Positions 47,889 through 58,600 of a DNA stretch of 64,000 bases are shown in pieces; within the stretch, counting starts at the first letter, position 1; each line of letters starts with the position of its first letter. The notes below the pieces were generated by a model. That model was not told the DNA's origin. It did no database searches and saw only the letters and a program-made list of their open reading frames with translations. A program made the position numbers and the translations under genes. This stretch comes from Candidatus Hermodarchaeota archaeon (GTDB lineage: Archaea; Asgardarchaeota; Hermodarchaeia; Hermodarchaeales; Hermodarchaeaceae), in assembly GCA_016839805.1 (NCBI GenBank), contig JAEOTO010000033.1, positions 14,242 to 78,241 of the forward strand. Reading direction: 5' to 3'.

Positions 47889-48719
47889 TTATCCAATGAT
47901 GTGGGGTAATGGGGCGACGAAGAGAAAATACCAGAGAAGGAGGCTAGTCAAGAAGATACTTACGCAGACGATAAGCCAATCTTTGATGACAAAATTGGGG
48001 AAGATGAGATAAGTTCGGGTTGGCGCATAACCAAAACCTCGTCCATCCATAGCTAACGTAAGCGCGTCGATGCGTCCTAGTGCGGAGAAGAGCAGGGGCA
48101 TAAATGTAAATCTAACTCGTCGAAGGAATCCCCGAATAATTCCCTGATCAACTGGGATGCCTCGTGCTCGTTGAGCGGCCTGGACGGTGTTCGATTCTTT
48201 ATCGAAAAGTGGAACTAAACGAAGGGCAAGAACAAGCGTATATCCATATCGATAAGGGATTCGGAGTGATGTTAAGGCTGCAACGAAGCGGCTAGGATCT
48301 GTGATGGCCACGAATAGTGCACTTGCTAAGACGATGTTGATGAGCCGAAAGGCGAGATTGATCGCATTTGCGATGCCTGTGATTGTAATTGGGAAAAAGG
48401 GACCAAATCCTGGGGCAAGGGGCGGAATGAGATAGAAGAGGATGATGCCATAGGATGTGAAGAGGAGTTGTACCATGGCAATGAGGAGGATGAAGGCGAT
48501 GAGGCGACGGAGTCGCCCAAATGCATATCTGAGATTGATACCAGCACCAATATAACCGAGGAGGAGAAACACGAAGATGGATAGGGATACGATATCAGAG
48601 ACTAATGTGACTGTGAGGATTACAAGAAGGATAAGTACAGCGAATTTTGTCAGGGGGTTCAGCCGATGGATAAACGAATTCCGTTGAAGGTAGCCAAAGG
48701 AGGATGTGCGCATTTTCAT
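47889..48719 (-). CDS. ecfT: ECF transporter transmembrane T component
   Basis: S.IHRLNP.TK, AQRARG and AMDGRGF. Confidence 0.92.
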   Translation of the reverse strand: MKMRTSSFGYLQRNSFIHRLNPLTKFAVLILLVILTVTLVSDIVSLSIFVFLLLGYIGAGINLRYAFGRLRRLIAFILLIAMVQLLFTSYGIILFYLIPPLAPGFGPFFPITITGIANAINLAFRLINIVLASALFVAITDPSRFVAALTSLRIPYRYGYTLVLALRLVPLFDKESNTVQAAQRARGIPVDQGIIRGFLRRVRFTFMPLLFSALGRIDALTLAMDGRGFGYAPTRTYLIFPNFVIKDWLIVCVSIFLTSLLLWYFLFVAPLPHIIG

Positions 48720-50299
48720 TATTCGGATTCGACCTCCAATAGCTTTGGTTCGTGACCGTAGGCTGTTTGTTCGAACATGGTTAGGTATTCGAGTCCTTGT
48801 TTGACGGGGGCATCGATGAGCAGGCGACCATCGTAGAGGAAAAGGAGTCGAGTACAGTATGTTTCAGTAATTGCGGCGTCATGGGTAGCCAACAAGATAG
48901 CTGACCCTTGTGATGCTTCCTCATGAACAATGGTCATGAGGCGATGAACGTTGTGATAATCTTGACCGATGAAAGGTTCATCTAGTAAGAGGACTTGCGG
49001 TTTGTGTAATAAGATGGATGCAATTGTAAGACGCCGTTGTTCACCCAAACTCAAAGTGTAGGGCGATTGATCTTGGTAGGGGAGGAGTCCGAATGCATCC
49101 AGTACTTTTTCGGCTTGAAGTTCAGCTTCGTTGGGTTCTGGAATCCCAAGATGTTTTGAAGCGAGCAGCACTTCTTCTTTCACAGTGGAAGCGAATAGTT
49201 GGTGGAGTGGATTCTGAAAAATTAGCCCAATACTGCGGGCTAGCTGAGAAACTGGTTGTTCATGGATATTCTGCTGATTAAGATGTATTGTTCCAGAATC
49301 AGGTGTAAGCAATCCCATGAGTTGGAGTAACAATGTCGATTTTCCTGATCCATTGGCTCCCATTAACGCGACAATTTCTCCCGGATGCAATGAAAAGGTC
49401 AGATTCTGCAGTGCTGGTCGTGGTGTTGATTGTTCCTCGATTCTTGGATAAGTAAAAGTGAGGTTCCGAATTTTTAATAAATCCTGTTCATGGGGAGCTC
49501 CGGAGGGAACTACCTCTGAATATGATAATGGGTGAAGGGCAACCCCCAAGTTTAATAAAGTCGTAGGCAAGGCAGAAAGCTGGTCGGGTCTTCCATCGTA
49601 ACTGATGCGTCCTTCATTCATGAGTAGGATACGAGAAGCCAGAGCTAGAAAAGGTTTGATTCGGTGTTCAATTACCAGAATCGTTCTACCCTGTTTGTGC
49701 AGATCTTGAAGAGTGGTGATAACTTCGTTTGTAGTCTGAGGATCGAGTCTTGCCGTGGGTTCGTCAAATATGACAATGGGCGATTGAAGTGCTACAAACG
49801 AAGCGATTACGACCTTCTGTTTTTCTCCCCCGGAGAGTGTGTGGGTGCTACGGCTCCGGAGATTATCACCATTGACAGCTTTTAACGCCCATTCAATTTG
49901 AGGTTTAATCGCTTCTGATGGATATTGGAAGTTTTCAAGACCAAATGCGACTTCATTTCTTACATTGAGGGTAACGAGTTGGTTGTCAGGGTCTTGTTGA
50001 ATGAGGCTAATTGAACGGGCGAGATCACGGATTGAATGTGATTTAGTTTCCTGCTCTAGAACGTTAACAGACCCCTGGAACGTGCCTGGATATTCGTGGG
50101 GAATAAAGCCTGCGAGACAACGAGCTAAAGTGCTTTTTCCACTTCCACTAGGCCCTGCTATGATGACAAAATCTCCTGAGTAAAGTTCTAGATTTAATTC
50201 TTGGAGTGCTGATTTGTCGCTTCCTTCGTAGGTGTAGGTTAGATTGGATATTTGAATGACAGGAGGAGGTGAGGTGGTATAGTTGCTAGGTGATGACAA
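48719..50299 (-). CDS. ECF transporter fused double ATPase
   Basis: GPSGSGKST / LSGGEKQ and GANGSGKST / LSLGEQR; start set at TTG 50299. Confidence 0.92.
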   Translation of the reverse strand: MSSPSNYTTSPPPVIQISNLTYTYEGSDKSALQELNLELYSGDFVIIAGPSGSGKSTLARCLAGFIPHEYPGTFQGSVNVLEQETKSHSIRDLARSISLIQQDPDNQLVTLNVRNEVAFGLENFQYPSEAIKPQIEWALKAVNGDNLRSRSTHTLSGGEKQKVVIASFVALQSPIVIFDEPTARLDPQTTNEVITTLQDLHKQGRTILVIEHRIKPFLALASRILLMNEGRISYDGRPDQLSALPTTLLNLGVALHPLSYSEVVPSGAPHEQDLLKIRNLTFTYPRIEEQSTPRPALQNLTFSLHPGEIVALMGANGSGKSTLLLQLMGLLTPDSGTIHLNQQNIHEQPVSQLARSIGLIFQNPLHQLFASTVKEEVLLASKHLGIPEPNEAELQAEKVLDAFGLLPYQDQSPYTLSLGEQRRLTIASILLHKPQVLLLDEPFIGQDYHNVHRLMTIVHEEASQGSAILLATHDAAITETYCTRLLFLYDGRLLIDAPVKQGLEYLTMFEQTAYGHEPKLLEVESE

Positions 50300-51341
50300 G
50301 GCTGACGACCTTCTGAATCCAAAACCATCCGGGATAATTCTTTGCAACAAGCCTTAGTCCATCCTCGACGACGAGGATTATTTCGTGGTCAGTAAATATG
50401 TCTTCGAGGGAGAATGTGGCACTATACCCATCTGAGGATATTACCTGAAGTACTGTTGCCGATTCTAAAGGTTGGGCGTCAGTGAGGATGGTGACCAATG
50501 GAATTCCGGTGTAATTCTGGAGAGGGAGATGTGTGACGGAACCAATAAGTTCAGCTTCGATGGTAATTTCCTGATCTGCATAGGTGAAGTAGGAAAATCC
50601 GAATGGCTGTGATACCTGTCCAACAACCTCACAGCTGAGTGGATCAAGAACGGGTCGCCATACAAAAACAGCGTAGAGACTAGCCCCAAAAGCAATAACA
50701 ATTAGAAAAATGAGAGCTGAAAGACGATAAGGGCCAAGACGTCGCCAGATAGATCCCTTTGATCTCAGCGAAGGTCCTGTAACTGTTGAGCGGTACACAC
50801 TGGATTCCAACACAAGATGAGTCGTTGCATGGCCAAAATAGCCACCGAAAATAATACCTGACGAAAACGCGAGAATTATCAGTAGGGTAAGGAAAATTAG
50901 AGGGGCACCAGAAAAGAAGAAAAGTTGAAAGACGATGACATTGGAAGCCGCGGCAAACCCTGCGATAATTGACCAGAAAGGTAGAGAATCCCGCTTGCCA
51001 ATTACAAAGAAGCCGATATCAATGATCAGGCCTTGAATGAGACTGACTAATACGACGATAATTCCATGGGTGCTTCCCGTGAAGAATTCAACGAATCCCT
51101 TGAGTAGACCAGTCGCGGTTGCTGCACCGGTTTTTCGGATAAGCCCCGTTGCTAAAATAATCCAAAATACGTGTAATCCACTAATAAACTGGCCAGCACC
51201 AAATGGCGTTCTAATAGCTGTGTTCAAGAGGAGCCCAAGATAGCCGACAAAGGTACTCAAAGCTCCGCCTAGTGCACTAAGAACAGCAATCGTGACAAGG
51301 TCACGAGTTGTGAAGTAATAGGAGGTAGCTGAGCTGTTCAT
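50286..51341 (-). CDS. ECF S component fused to a molybdopterin-oxidoreductase-like domain
   Basis: N-terminal FTTRDLV...RKTGAA S-component; C-terminal YTGIPL..IL, SSDGYS and LRLV...FWIQKV. Confidence 0.75.
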   Translation of the reverse strand: MNSSATSYYFTTRDLVTIAVLSALGGALSTFVGYLGLLLNTAIRTPFGAGQFISGLHVFWIILATGLIRKTGAATATGLLKGFVEFFTGSTHGIIVVLVSLIQGLIIDIGFFVIGKRDSLPFWSIIAGFAAASNVIVFQLFFFSGAPLIFLTLLIILAFSSGIIFGGYFGHATTHLVLESSVYRSTVTGPSLRSKGSIWRRLGPYRLSALIFLIVIAFGASLYAVFVWRPVLDPLSCEVVGQVSQPFGFSYFTYADQEITIEAELIGSVTHLPLQNYTGIPLVTILTDAQPLESATVLQVISSDGYSATFSLEDIFTDHEIILVVEDGLRLVAKNYPGWFWIQKVVSLVIT

Positions 51342-51362
51342 GTCTTCACCATAATAACAAGG

Positions 51363-52469
51363 TTATGGGGGGAAGCTATCCCGAATGATTTCAATTGTCA
51401 TGACATTTCGTACCCAACGTGCTCCAGCACTCCCAAAAAACCAGGTAGGTTCTGTCGTTTGACTAGCGTCATCGTTACTGTAGGTTCCATCAGGAGTTAA
51501 GAAGGCCAGCATTGGGCCATCAGTCCATGCTGTAACCATTGTACCATTAAAGACATAAGCTAGGATAAGATCGCCTTGGTAGTTATACACTGTCTCATTT
51601 GGATAGAGATTATAATAAGCGAAAGCTTGCGCCCAATCAAGAGCGGTTACATTCACAATATCGTCATTGTCGATAGTTGTAACCAGCTCAATGATTGCAG
51701 GAAGAGGAACACCTTGGTAGGTACCATTTCCACGCCAATTACCCATTTTATTCTGATAGGAGGTGAATCCTGCTAGATTGTGCATCAGTGCCAAGTCGAC
51801 CAAGTAGACGTCCCGTTGTATATCGTCGTCAATGACGGTAAAGTGGAATGATCCACTAATATAGACATCGTGTAGTACTTCAATCGTGGCCACATTTCGA
51901 ACCCAACGAGCTCCTGCGCTGCCAAAGAACCAGGCAGGATGCGTAGTAGCGTTCGCATCATCATTGCTATACGCTCCATCATTAGGTAGGAAGGCTATTC
52001 GAGGTCCATCGCCCCACGTTTTTGGAGTGGTTCCATTATATGAATAGGCGAGTACCAAGCCCCCTTGTAAGTTGGCAACCGAACTATTGGGGTAGAGATT
52101 GTAGTAAGCGTAGTATTGATAGTAGCCGTCAGATGCGTTGACTCGGATAACATCATTGGGGTCCATTCCCCCAACGAGTTCAACAATGGTGGTTAGCGAT
52201 ACGCCAACATAGGTTCCGGTTTCACGCCAGTTGTTGAAGCGGTTCTGATACGAAGAATCACCTTGATTAGGAGGAATTGATGAAAGAAAAGTGAAATTGA
52301 GATTAACACTGACGTCTCTATTTATGACGCGAATATCTACCTCACCTGAGGGGGAGTTCGGATGCTGTGACACGAATAAGGTGAAAGATGCAAGTACACC
52401 AACTGCGATGATAATCGCTGTGAACACCATAACTAAACCAAGTTTCATACTGCTTGGAGTCTGAGACAA
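51363..52469 (-). CDS. Membrane-anchored, probably extracellular protein with two tandem molybdopterin-oxidoreductase-like repeats
   Basis: N-terminal TM; internal duplication SYQN..NWR..GTY.GV.L...DG.YSNDDA...WFFGSAGARWVRNV; many N-x-S/T sequons. Confidence 0.7.
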   Translation of the reverse strand: MSQTPSSMKLGLVMVFTAIIIAVGVLASFTLFVSQHPNSPSGEVDIRVINRDVSVNLNFTFLSSIPPNQGDSSYQNRFNNWRETGTYVGVSLTTIVELVGGMDPNDVIRVNASDGYYQYYAYYNLYPNSSVANLQGGLVLAYSYNGTTPKTWGDGPRIAFLPNDGAYSNDDANATTHPAWFFGSAGARWVRNVATIEVLHDVYISGSFHFTVIDDDIQRDVYLVDLALMHNLAGFTSYQNKMGNWRGNGTYQGVPLPAIIELVTTIDNDDIVNVTALDWAQAFAYYNLYPNETVYNYQGDLILAYVFNGTMVTAWTDGPMLAFLTPDGTYSNDDASQTTEPTWFFGSAGARWVRNVMTIEIIRDSFPP

Positions 52470-52619
52470 GGAACTTCACGTCCAAGTTTCGGGATAACAT
52501 TTTGATGATATGCACATCGATGCATATCTTACATCTTCTTAAGCCTTACGCTGTGAGGAGACTTGGTACAAAAAGAGGAGAGAAGACACCGACTCAGAAG
52601 AGCGCTAGAAGTGCTAACT

Positions 52620-53636
52620 TCATCGGTGCCAAAGTTCTTCACGACGTTTCTTTTCTAATTGAGGGAGGTCGTGCCAGAAGATAGATTTGCTCTTTATGGG
52701 TGCGACTCGCTTGAGAACAAAGACTAACATTGCTACGATGTTGATGAACAGAATGTTGACAAGAACTAAGATAAAGCTGATTCCGGCTATGCCCAAGTGC
52801 AAGGGTACATTGACTGCGCCACCAAAATATACAGGTCCCATTAACGCATAAATTAGATTCATGCCTGCATTGACGGCTGGTGGCATTAATGAGGCAGCAA
52901 TAGCGACTCCAACTAAACCGCTGATTTCTCCACGGGTCACAGCCATGGCAACACCGGCACCAGAAGCAGCTGCGACAATGATGCCGACGACGATCCCAAT
53001 GGCTAGACCACGGGAAATCATCTCTGGCGTTGGCCATCCTGGTAAGATAGGATAGAGAATGGGTGCATAGGGCATGAGGAATGCGCCCATGATTATCCCC
53101 ATTACCATAGCGATTAAGAGACCATAGACTTCGTTTTTAATTCCTGTTAATACTAATCTCCGATCCTTGATTACGGCTCCAAGACTGAGGCCAAGAATTG
53201 GTCCCATGAGTGGAGCGAGAAGCATACTGGCAACAATGAACACTGGGCTGCTGGTGGCTAATCCGATTGTGGCAATGATGCATGAGACGACAAGAAGTGC
53301 GAGGAAGTCAAAGGATAATCGTGTTCCTGCGGCGATTTTTCCATAAATTTCTTCAACGGAAAGTCGCTCAGTAGGAGTGATTTTTTCGACTTCAGTTTCC
53401 ATAGGTTTACTAGCTTCAATCGGTAGAACGTCGATGATTCCATAATGTACTCCGACACCGATGGCTTCAAGATCTGTGAGGATTTTCTGGCTTTTTCCAA
53501 GTGCAACTCGGAAGATGAGCATAAAACCAGGAGCCGTATGAATTTTTGCGATATTACGCACTTGATCTTTTTCTTCTAAGAACTCCATGACTTGTCCGAC
53601 TTTTTCTTCAGGTAGTGTAATCTGAAATTGACGCAT
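52620..53636 (-). CDS. TIGR00341/DUF389 family membrane protein
   Basis: IVASMLLAPLMGP and LVGVAIAASLMPP. Confidence 0.88.
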   Translation of the reverse strand: MRQFQITLPEEKVGQVMEFLEEKDQVRNIAKIHTAPGFMLIFRVALGKSQKILTDLEAIGVGVHYGIIDVLPIEASKPMETEVEKITPTERLSVEEIYGKIAAGTRLSFDFLALLVVSCIIATIGLATSSPVFIVASMLLAPLMGPILGLSLGAVIKDRRLVLTGIKNEVYGLLIAMVMGIIMGAFLMPYAPILYPILPGWPTPEMISRGLAIGIVVGIIVAAASGAGVAMAVTRGEISGLVGVAIAASLMPPAVNAGMNLIYALMGPVYFGGAVNVPLHLGIAGISFILVLVNILFINIVAMLVFVLKRVAPIKSKSIFWHDLPQLEKKRREELWHR

Positions 53637-53831
53637 GTGAGTTCACCCGCTCGTATTAGAGCGGTTACCCCCCTCACAATAACTGCGTATAAGGCTTGCG
53701 ATTTCAACAGAAAAATCAGACCAAGCCCGAGAAATTCGGAACGGCAGAACGCTTAATTAGCTGATATACCGTATTGGCGTCATATCGCCCCATCGCAGCG
53801 GTATAAATCATCAATTTGTGATGGAATCATC

Positions 53832-55541
53832 ATGAAAGGACGAAGTATGCTGATAAAAAACGGGTTCGTCGTTGACCCTAAGCACAATATCCATGAAGTG
53901 AAAGATATCGCTATCCAAGATGGCAAAATTGTGGAATCCGTTGACCCCGAATCTGCTGAAGTAATCGATGCGAAGGGTCACATGGTTGTTGCAGGAGGGG
54001 TGGAAATCCATGCACACCTAGCGACACCAAAGGTTGATTCTGGTCGTGTCTTACGGTGTGACCAATCACGGATGGACCCCTATACATACTCTGACATTTG
54101 CCGTGCCGGAGTCTGGGCAAGTGTTCCTCCCACTTTCATGACAGGATACAAATACTCGCAAATGGGCTATACCTTTGTCACCGAAGCTGCTTCTGCAGGA
54201 CTCGTCGCTCGTCACACCCACGAAGAGCTAGATGAGATCCAACCTCATGATAAAATCATGTTTCCACTCTTTGGAAACTATCAACTCATTATGGATTACG
54301 CTCGCGAGAAAGAGCATGAGAAACTCGCTGCATTCGTTGCTTGGATGCTCGCAGCTACAAAAGGCTGGGCAATCAAAGCGGTTAATCCGACCGGTGTCTG
54401 TGATTGGAGTTGGGGTGGTAATGTCGAAGCATTAGATGAACAAATCGCGTGTTTCGATGTAACACCACGAGATGCGATTACTGGTTTGCTCGAGGGGGCA
54501 GAAAGACTTGTCCTTCCCCATTCGCTTCATCTGCACGCGAATATGCTAGGACGCCCTGGAAACACTGACATCACCATAGAAACCATGGAACTTGCAAGTA
54601 ACCGACCAGTTACCAAAAGAGAATCAGGATATAATCTACACATGACCCATATTCAGTTTCATTCCTATGGTGGCGATAGTTTCGTGACCTTTAAGTCAGG
54701 GTCTGAACCGATTGCAAAGTATCTGAAAGCCCATAAAAATATCAGTTGCGATTTGGGTCAAGTAGTCTTTGCAGATACTACTACCATGACCGCGGATGGT
54801 CCTTGGGAATGGATTCTTCGGGGTATCTCTGGAAGCCGATGGGTAAATGATGATATCGAAGTAGAGTGCGGTGGTGGTGTAGTTCCATATGTCTTCAAGA
54901 AGAGCTCCCGCGTCAACGCTATCCAGTGGGGAATTGGATTAGAAATCGCCTTACTGGTGAATGATCCATGGCGTGTCATTCCGAGTACGGATCATCCTAA
55001 TGCAGGAACATTCATCAACTATCCATCTATCGCTGCCTGGCTCATGAGCCGTAAAGCTCGTGAGGAAGTCTTGAAAGATATCCGTCGATTAGCTAAGAAG
55101 CGCATGAACCTCCCTGCGATTGATACTGAATGGTCAATGCAGGAATACATTATAGCAACTCGGGCAGGTCCTGCTCGAATTCTAGGGTTACCGGATATGG
55201 GACACTTGGGAATTGGTGCGACTGCCGATATTGCGATGTATAATCTCAACCCCCAGGAAGATTACAGCAAGCATCCGGATAAACTCATTCGTGGACTTTC
55301 TCAAGCGTGGATGACTATCAAACATGGACGCGTGGTTCAGAAAGAAGGACAAATGGTAGCAACACCAAAGGGGAGCACCCACTGGATTGATGCCGAAGTT
55401 GAACCGGAACTAGCTAAGGAAGTTGAAAAGGATATTCGAGAAAAATTCATAAGCTCTTATACCATTGCCTTCGAAAACTATCCTGTTTCAAAACGATACC
55501 TCCACCGGTCAGCCCCTGTAAGATTAACAGCGATTTCCTAA
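53832..55541 (+). CDS. fwdA: Formylmethanofuran dehydrogenase subunit A
   Basis: EIHAH, KAVNP, PHSLHLHAN.LG.PGN, THIQF.SYG and TDHPNA. Confidence 0.95.
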   Translation: MKGRSMLIKNGFVVDPKHNIHEVKDIAIQDGKIVESVDPESAEVIDAKGHMVVAGGVEIHAHLATPKVDSGRVLRCDQSRMDPYTYSDICRAGVWASVPPTFMTGYKYSQMGYTFVTEAASAGLVARHTHEELDEIQPHDKIMFPLFGNYQLIMDYAREKEHEKLAAFVAWMLAATKGWAIKAVNPTGVCDWSWGGNVEALDEQIACFDVTPRDAITGLLEGAERLVLPHSLHLHANMLGRPGNTDITIETMELASNRPVTKRESGYNLHMTHIQFHSYGGDSFVTFKSGSEPIAKYLKAHKNISCDLGQVVFADTTTMTADGPWEWILRGISGSRWVNDDIEVECGGGVVPYVFKKSSRVNAIQWGIGLEIALLVNDPWRVIPSTDHPNAGTFINYPSIAAWLMSRKAREEVLKDIRRLAKKRMNLPAIDTEWSMQEYIIATRAGPARILGLPDMGHLGIGATADIAMYNLNPQEDYSKHPDKLIRGLSQAWMTIKHGRVVQKEGQMVATPKGSTHWIDAEVEPELAKEVEKDIREKFISSYTIAFENYPVSKRYLHRSAPVRLTAIS

Positions 55542-55631
55542 GTCGGAAAATTAATAACCGCTAGATAGATGCTGTGTCCCGCTTCAGTATATTTTATCAT
55601 AATTAGGAGACTGGAGCGAGGGTGCATACCA

Positions 55632-58600
55632 ATGCGAAAAGTTCGAGATTTCACACCAGCAGACGCTGAAGGACTAGCTAAGTGTATTAACGAAAGTGAA
55701 GGCGGTTGGCCTGGTGGTCTTACGTCTGGTGTACAACATACGGTTGAACATGTCATGGAAGATTATCAGCGACAAGTGAAACTAACGTGGCTCATTGCTG
55801 TCGATGAACGCAATCAAGTTGCTGGTATATCAACACTGCACCCTCGCTTTGAGGATCAAGAAGCGGCATATCTCGGTTTTCTCAATGTCTCAGATGCCTT
55901 CAGAAAGAAAGGATATGGCAAAGCCCTTCTCATCGAATCCGTAGAACGTGTGAGAGCATTGGGTTACAAACGTCTTTTCCTTGGCACCTGGGCAGGGAAC
56001 CTTAATGCGGTTCCTGCATATAAACGAGCTGGGTTCTACTGGCGACCCGATACAGACGTATGGATGGACAATTACATACCCACAGTGTTAGATTTACCCA
56101 TTACTAAGACCTTCTTCCAAAAGCATAACTGGTATGATAGCTTTGTTCGAAAAATCGAAATTGAACCTGATGACATGAAGCACCGTGGCCTTCACGTATA
56201 CGAGCTCTGTTGGCAAGAAGATGCTGATTCACTTCGCATTATGGTTGACCGAGAAAGTCGTGGAATCACCCTAATTGAAACAAACGATTTATTTGTTGAA
56301 TGTTGGGTCGCTGATCCCGAGCCTGCTCTAGGTCTTCCCATTCCGGTTGAATGGACTATCCGTAATAAGGATGCAACAACACCACTTCATTGTAAATTAA
56401 AAGTGACCTTACCTAAGGGATTTCAATTACTTGAGAGCCCCTCCCCTCAAGTCACAGTCCAACCGGATGAAACTGTAGCACTCAAAGGAGTTATCCAAGG
56501 GAGTGTGACAGTGGTTCCACCCATCGAGGAAAAGGCAGCATTAGCAGTCAAGTCCCAAATAATGTTGGGTGAGATTCCGGTTCAATTCGAAACCGGATTA
56601 CGTGTGAAACACCCCATTGAAGTATCAACAATTCCAACATCACTGTGGTGTCGACCTGGAACTGATTATACTCTTGACATCGCCATTAAGAGTAATCTAA
56701 AATCATCAGCCCAAGGAACCTTAAAACTCCGCATACCGAAGAGCCTCCTTATTAAGCAAAAACAGTTTGAATTGTCATTATCACCCGAAGGTTACTCCGG
56801 AGTCAGTATTGAAACTTCAGTCGATCCTAATCTGAAAACTATCGCCCTTCCAATTAGAATGCATGCTAATCTCCAAGTCAATGGACAACCGATCCGTACT
56901 CGAACCGAAACAGTATATTTGCACTGCCTAAACCGTGGTGGAGTATTAGTTACACCCTTTGATGATAAACGCCGCTTACAGGTGCATACAGAACAATTGC
57001 ATTTTTCGATTAACCTTGCGAAGGGAGCACATATCGATCGACTAACCAATAAGCTGACTAAACGAGAACATCTTCGATCGCATTGCCGTGAAAGCCTGGG
57101 ACCACCTTTTTGGCCCTCAGAACAAATGCAAACACACTTCAAACATGATATTCACCAGCCTAGTGATGAGATAACGAGCATTCGAACATGGATGGAGTGT
57201 AAACGATTCCCAGAATTAACGTTCTCTAAAATCTTCATAATATCTGGAAATTCAGATGTTCTTCGCATCAATTATGGATTTGAGAACACCAATTCGACGA
57301 AAACACATGAATTCAAGTTATGGGTTTCAAGTATGCCCGGATCATGGGACAACTTGCATGTGATTCCCCTTAAAGATGGAATACTTCGAGCGGAATTTAT
57401 AGAAGGTGAATTCTTTGCAACTGACCGTGAGTTACCAAAGAAACGAGAGGAATGGGCAGAAACCTGGTATTGCGCTGAACGCCCACACAAAGGTGAGGTG
57501 ACTGCGATTCTCTGTTCTCCAGAGATTTTCTACGAAGCCTCAGGAATCACCTTCATTAATTTCCAATTACAAGTACCACCAGTTTCACCCAAAACACAGG
57601 TGCACCTACCACCATTGTACCTAGTGTGTGGTATTGGAACTTGGCAACACATGCGACAGTTATGGCACCAACTCTATTCAACCAAGCCTGAAAGCGAAAT
57701 ACCAGAATTACCTGTTTATGATGCTGTGGATGTTCGAATAGAGACTCAGCCCCCACTCTTTGATGCACAAAAAGAATTAACGGTTCCAATTCAAGTGCGA
57801 CACCTAGTTCATCGTCCACTTCAGGGTCACCTACGATTGAAGGCTCCAAAAGGATGGAGGATCATACCTCGAACCTATAAGTTCAAAGACTTAACTCGAG
57901 ATAACCCTCTAATGCTCCCCATTACATTAACAGCAACTACGAAAGAAGAAATCAACCCAGATATCCTTTCTGTCCATGCACAGGTGCAAACACCACTTAC
58001 CGACTACGGCTTTGATTTACCAATAATCCTCCAGGGCAAACCTGGCAGAGTTACAATTTCCACAACAAGAGAACATAACCAAAACATCTATGTCATTGAT
58101 AATGGTACCTACCAACTAAAAGTCGCAGCTGGGTTCGCTGGAAGCGTTATAGCCTTGATAAACAAGGCAACAGGTACAAATTACTTGAAATCAAGTTTCC
58201 CCGAAGCTGGTCCGCTAGCCTGGTTTAATCCCTGGTATGGCGGAATTCGGTTTGAGCCCTTTCCATCCAGTCAACCAGGTTGGTTTCCTACCAAATTGGA
58301 TAAGGAATCTTGGTCAGTCAAACGCTTCCAACGGAAAGGGTGGCAGGGTGTTACTATCAGTACTAAACCCGGGAAAAAGGAGATCAAACTTAAGGGATTC
58401 AAATTAGAGCTTCAGGTCTTGACTCAACCGTTCAGTAACATCTTTGCACTGATTGGACGCGTTAAAAACCTCACAAAAGCACCGCGTCAAATCCGCCATC
58501 GAATAAAGGCTTCGTTACCCGCAGAAGGTTCACCAGCTGGGATACAAACCGTCATTCCACGAGCCACAACAACCTATCATCGTCGTACTGGTTTAGCCCA

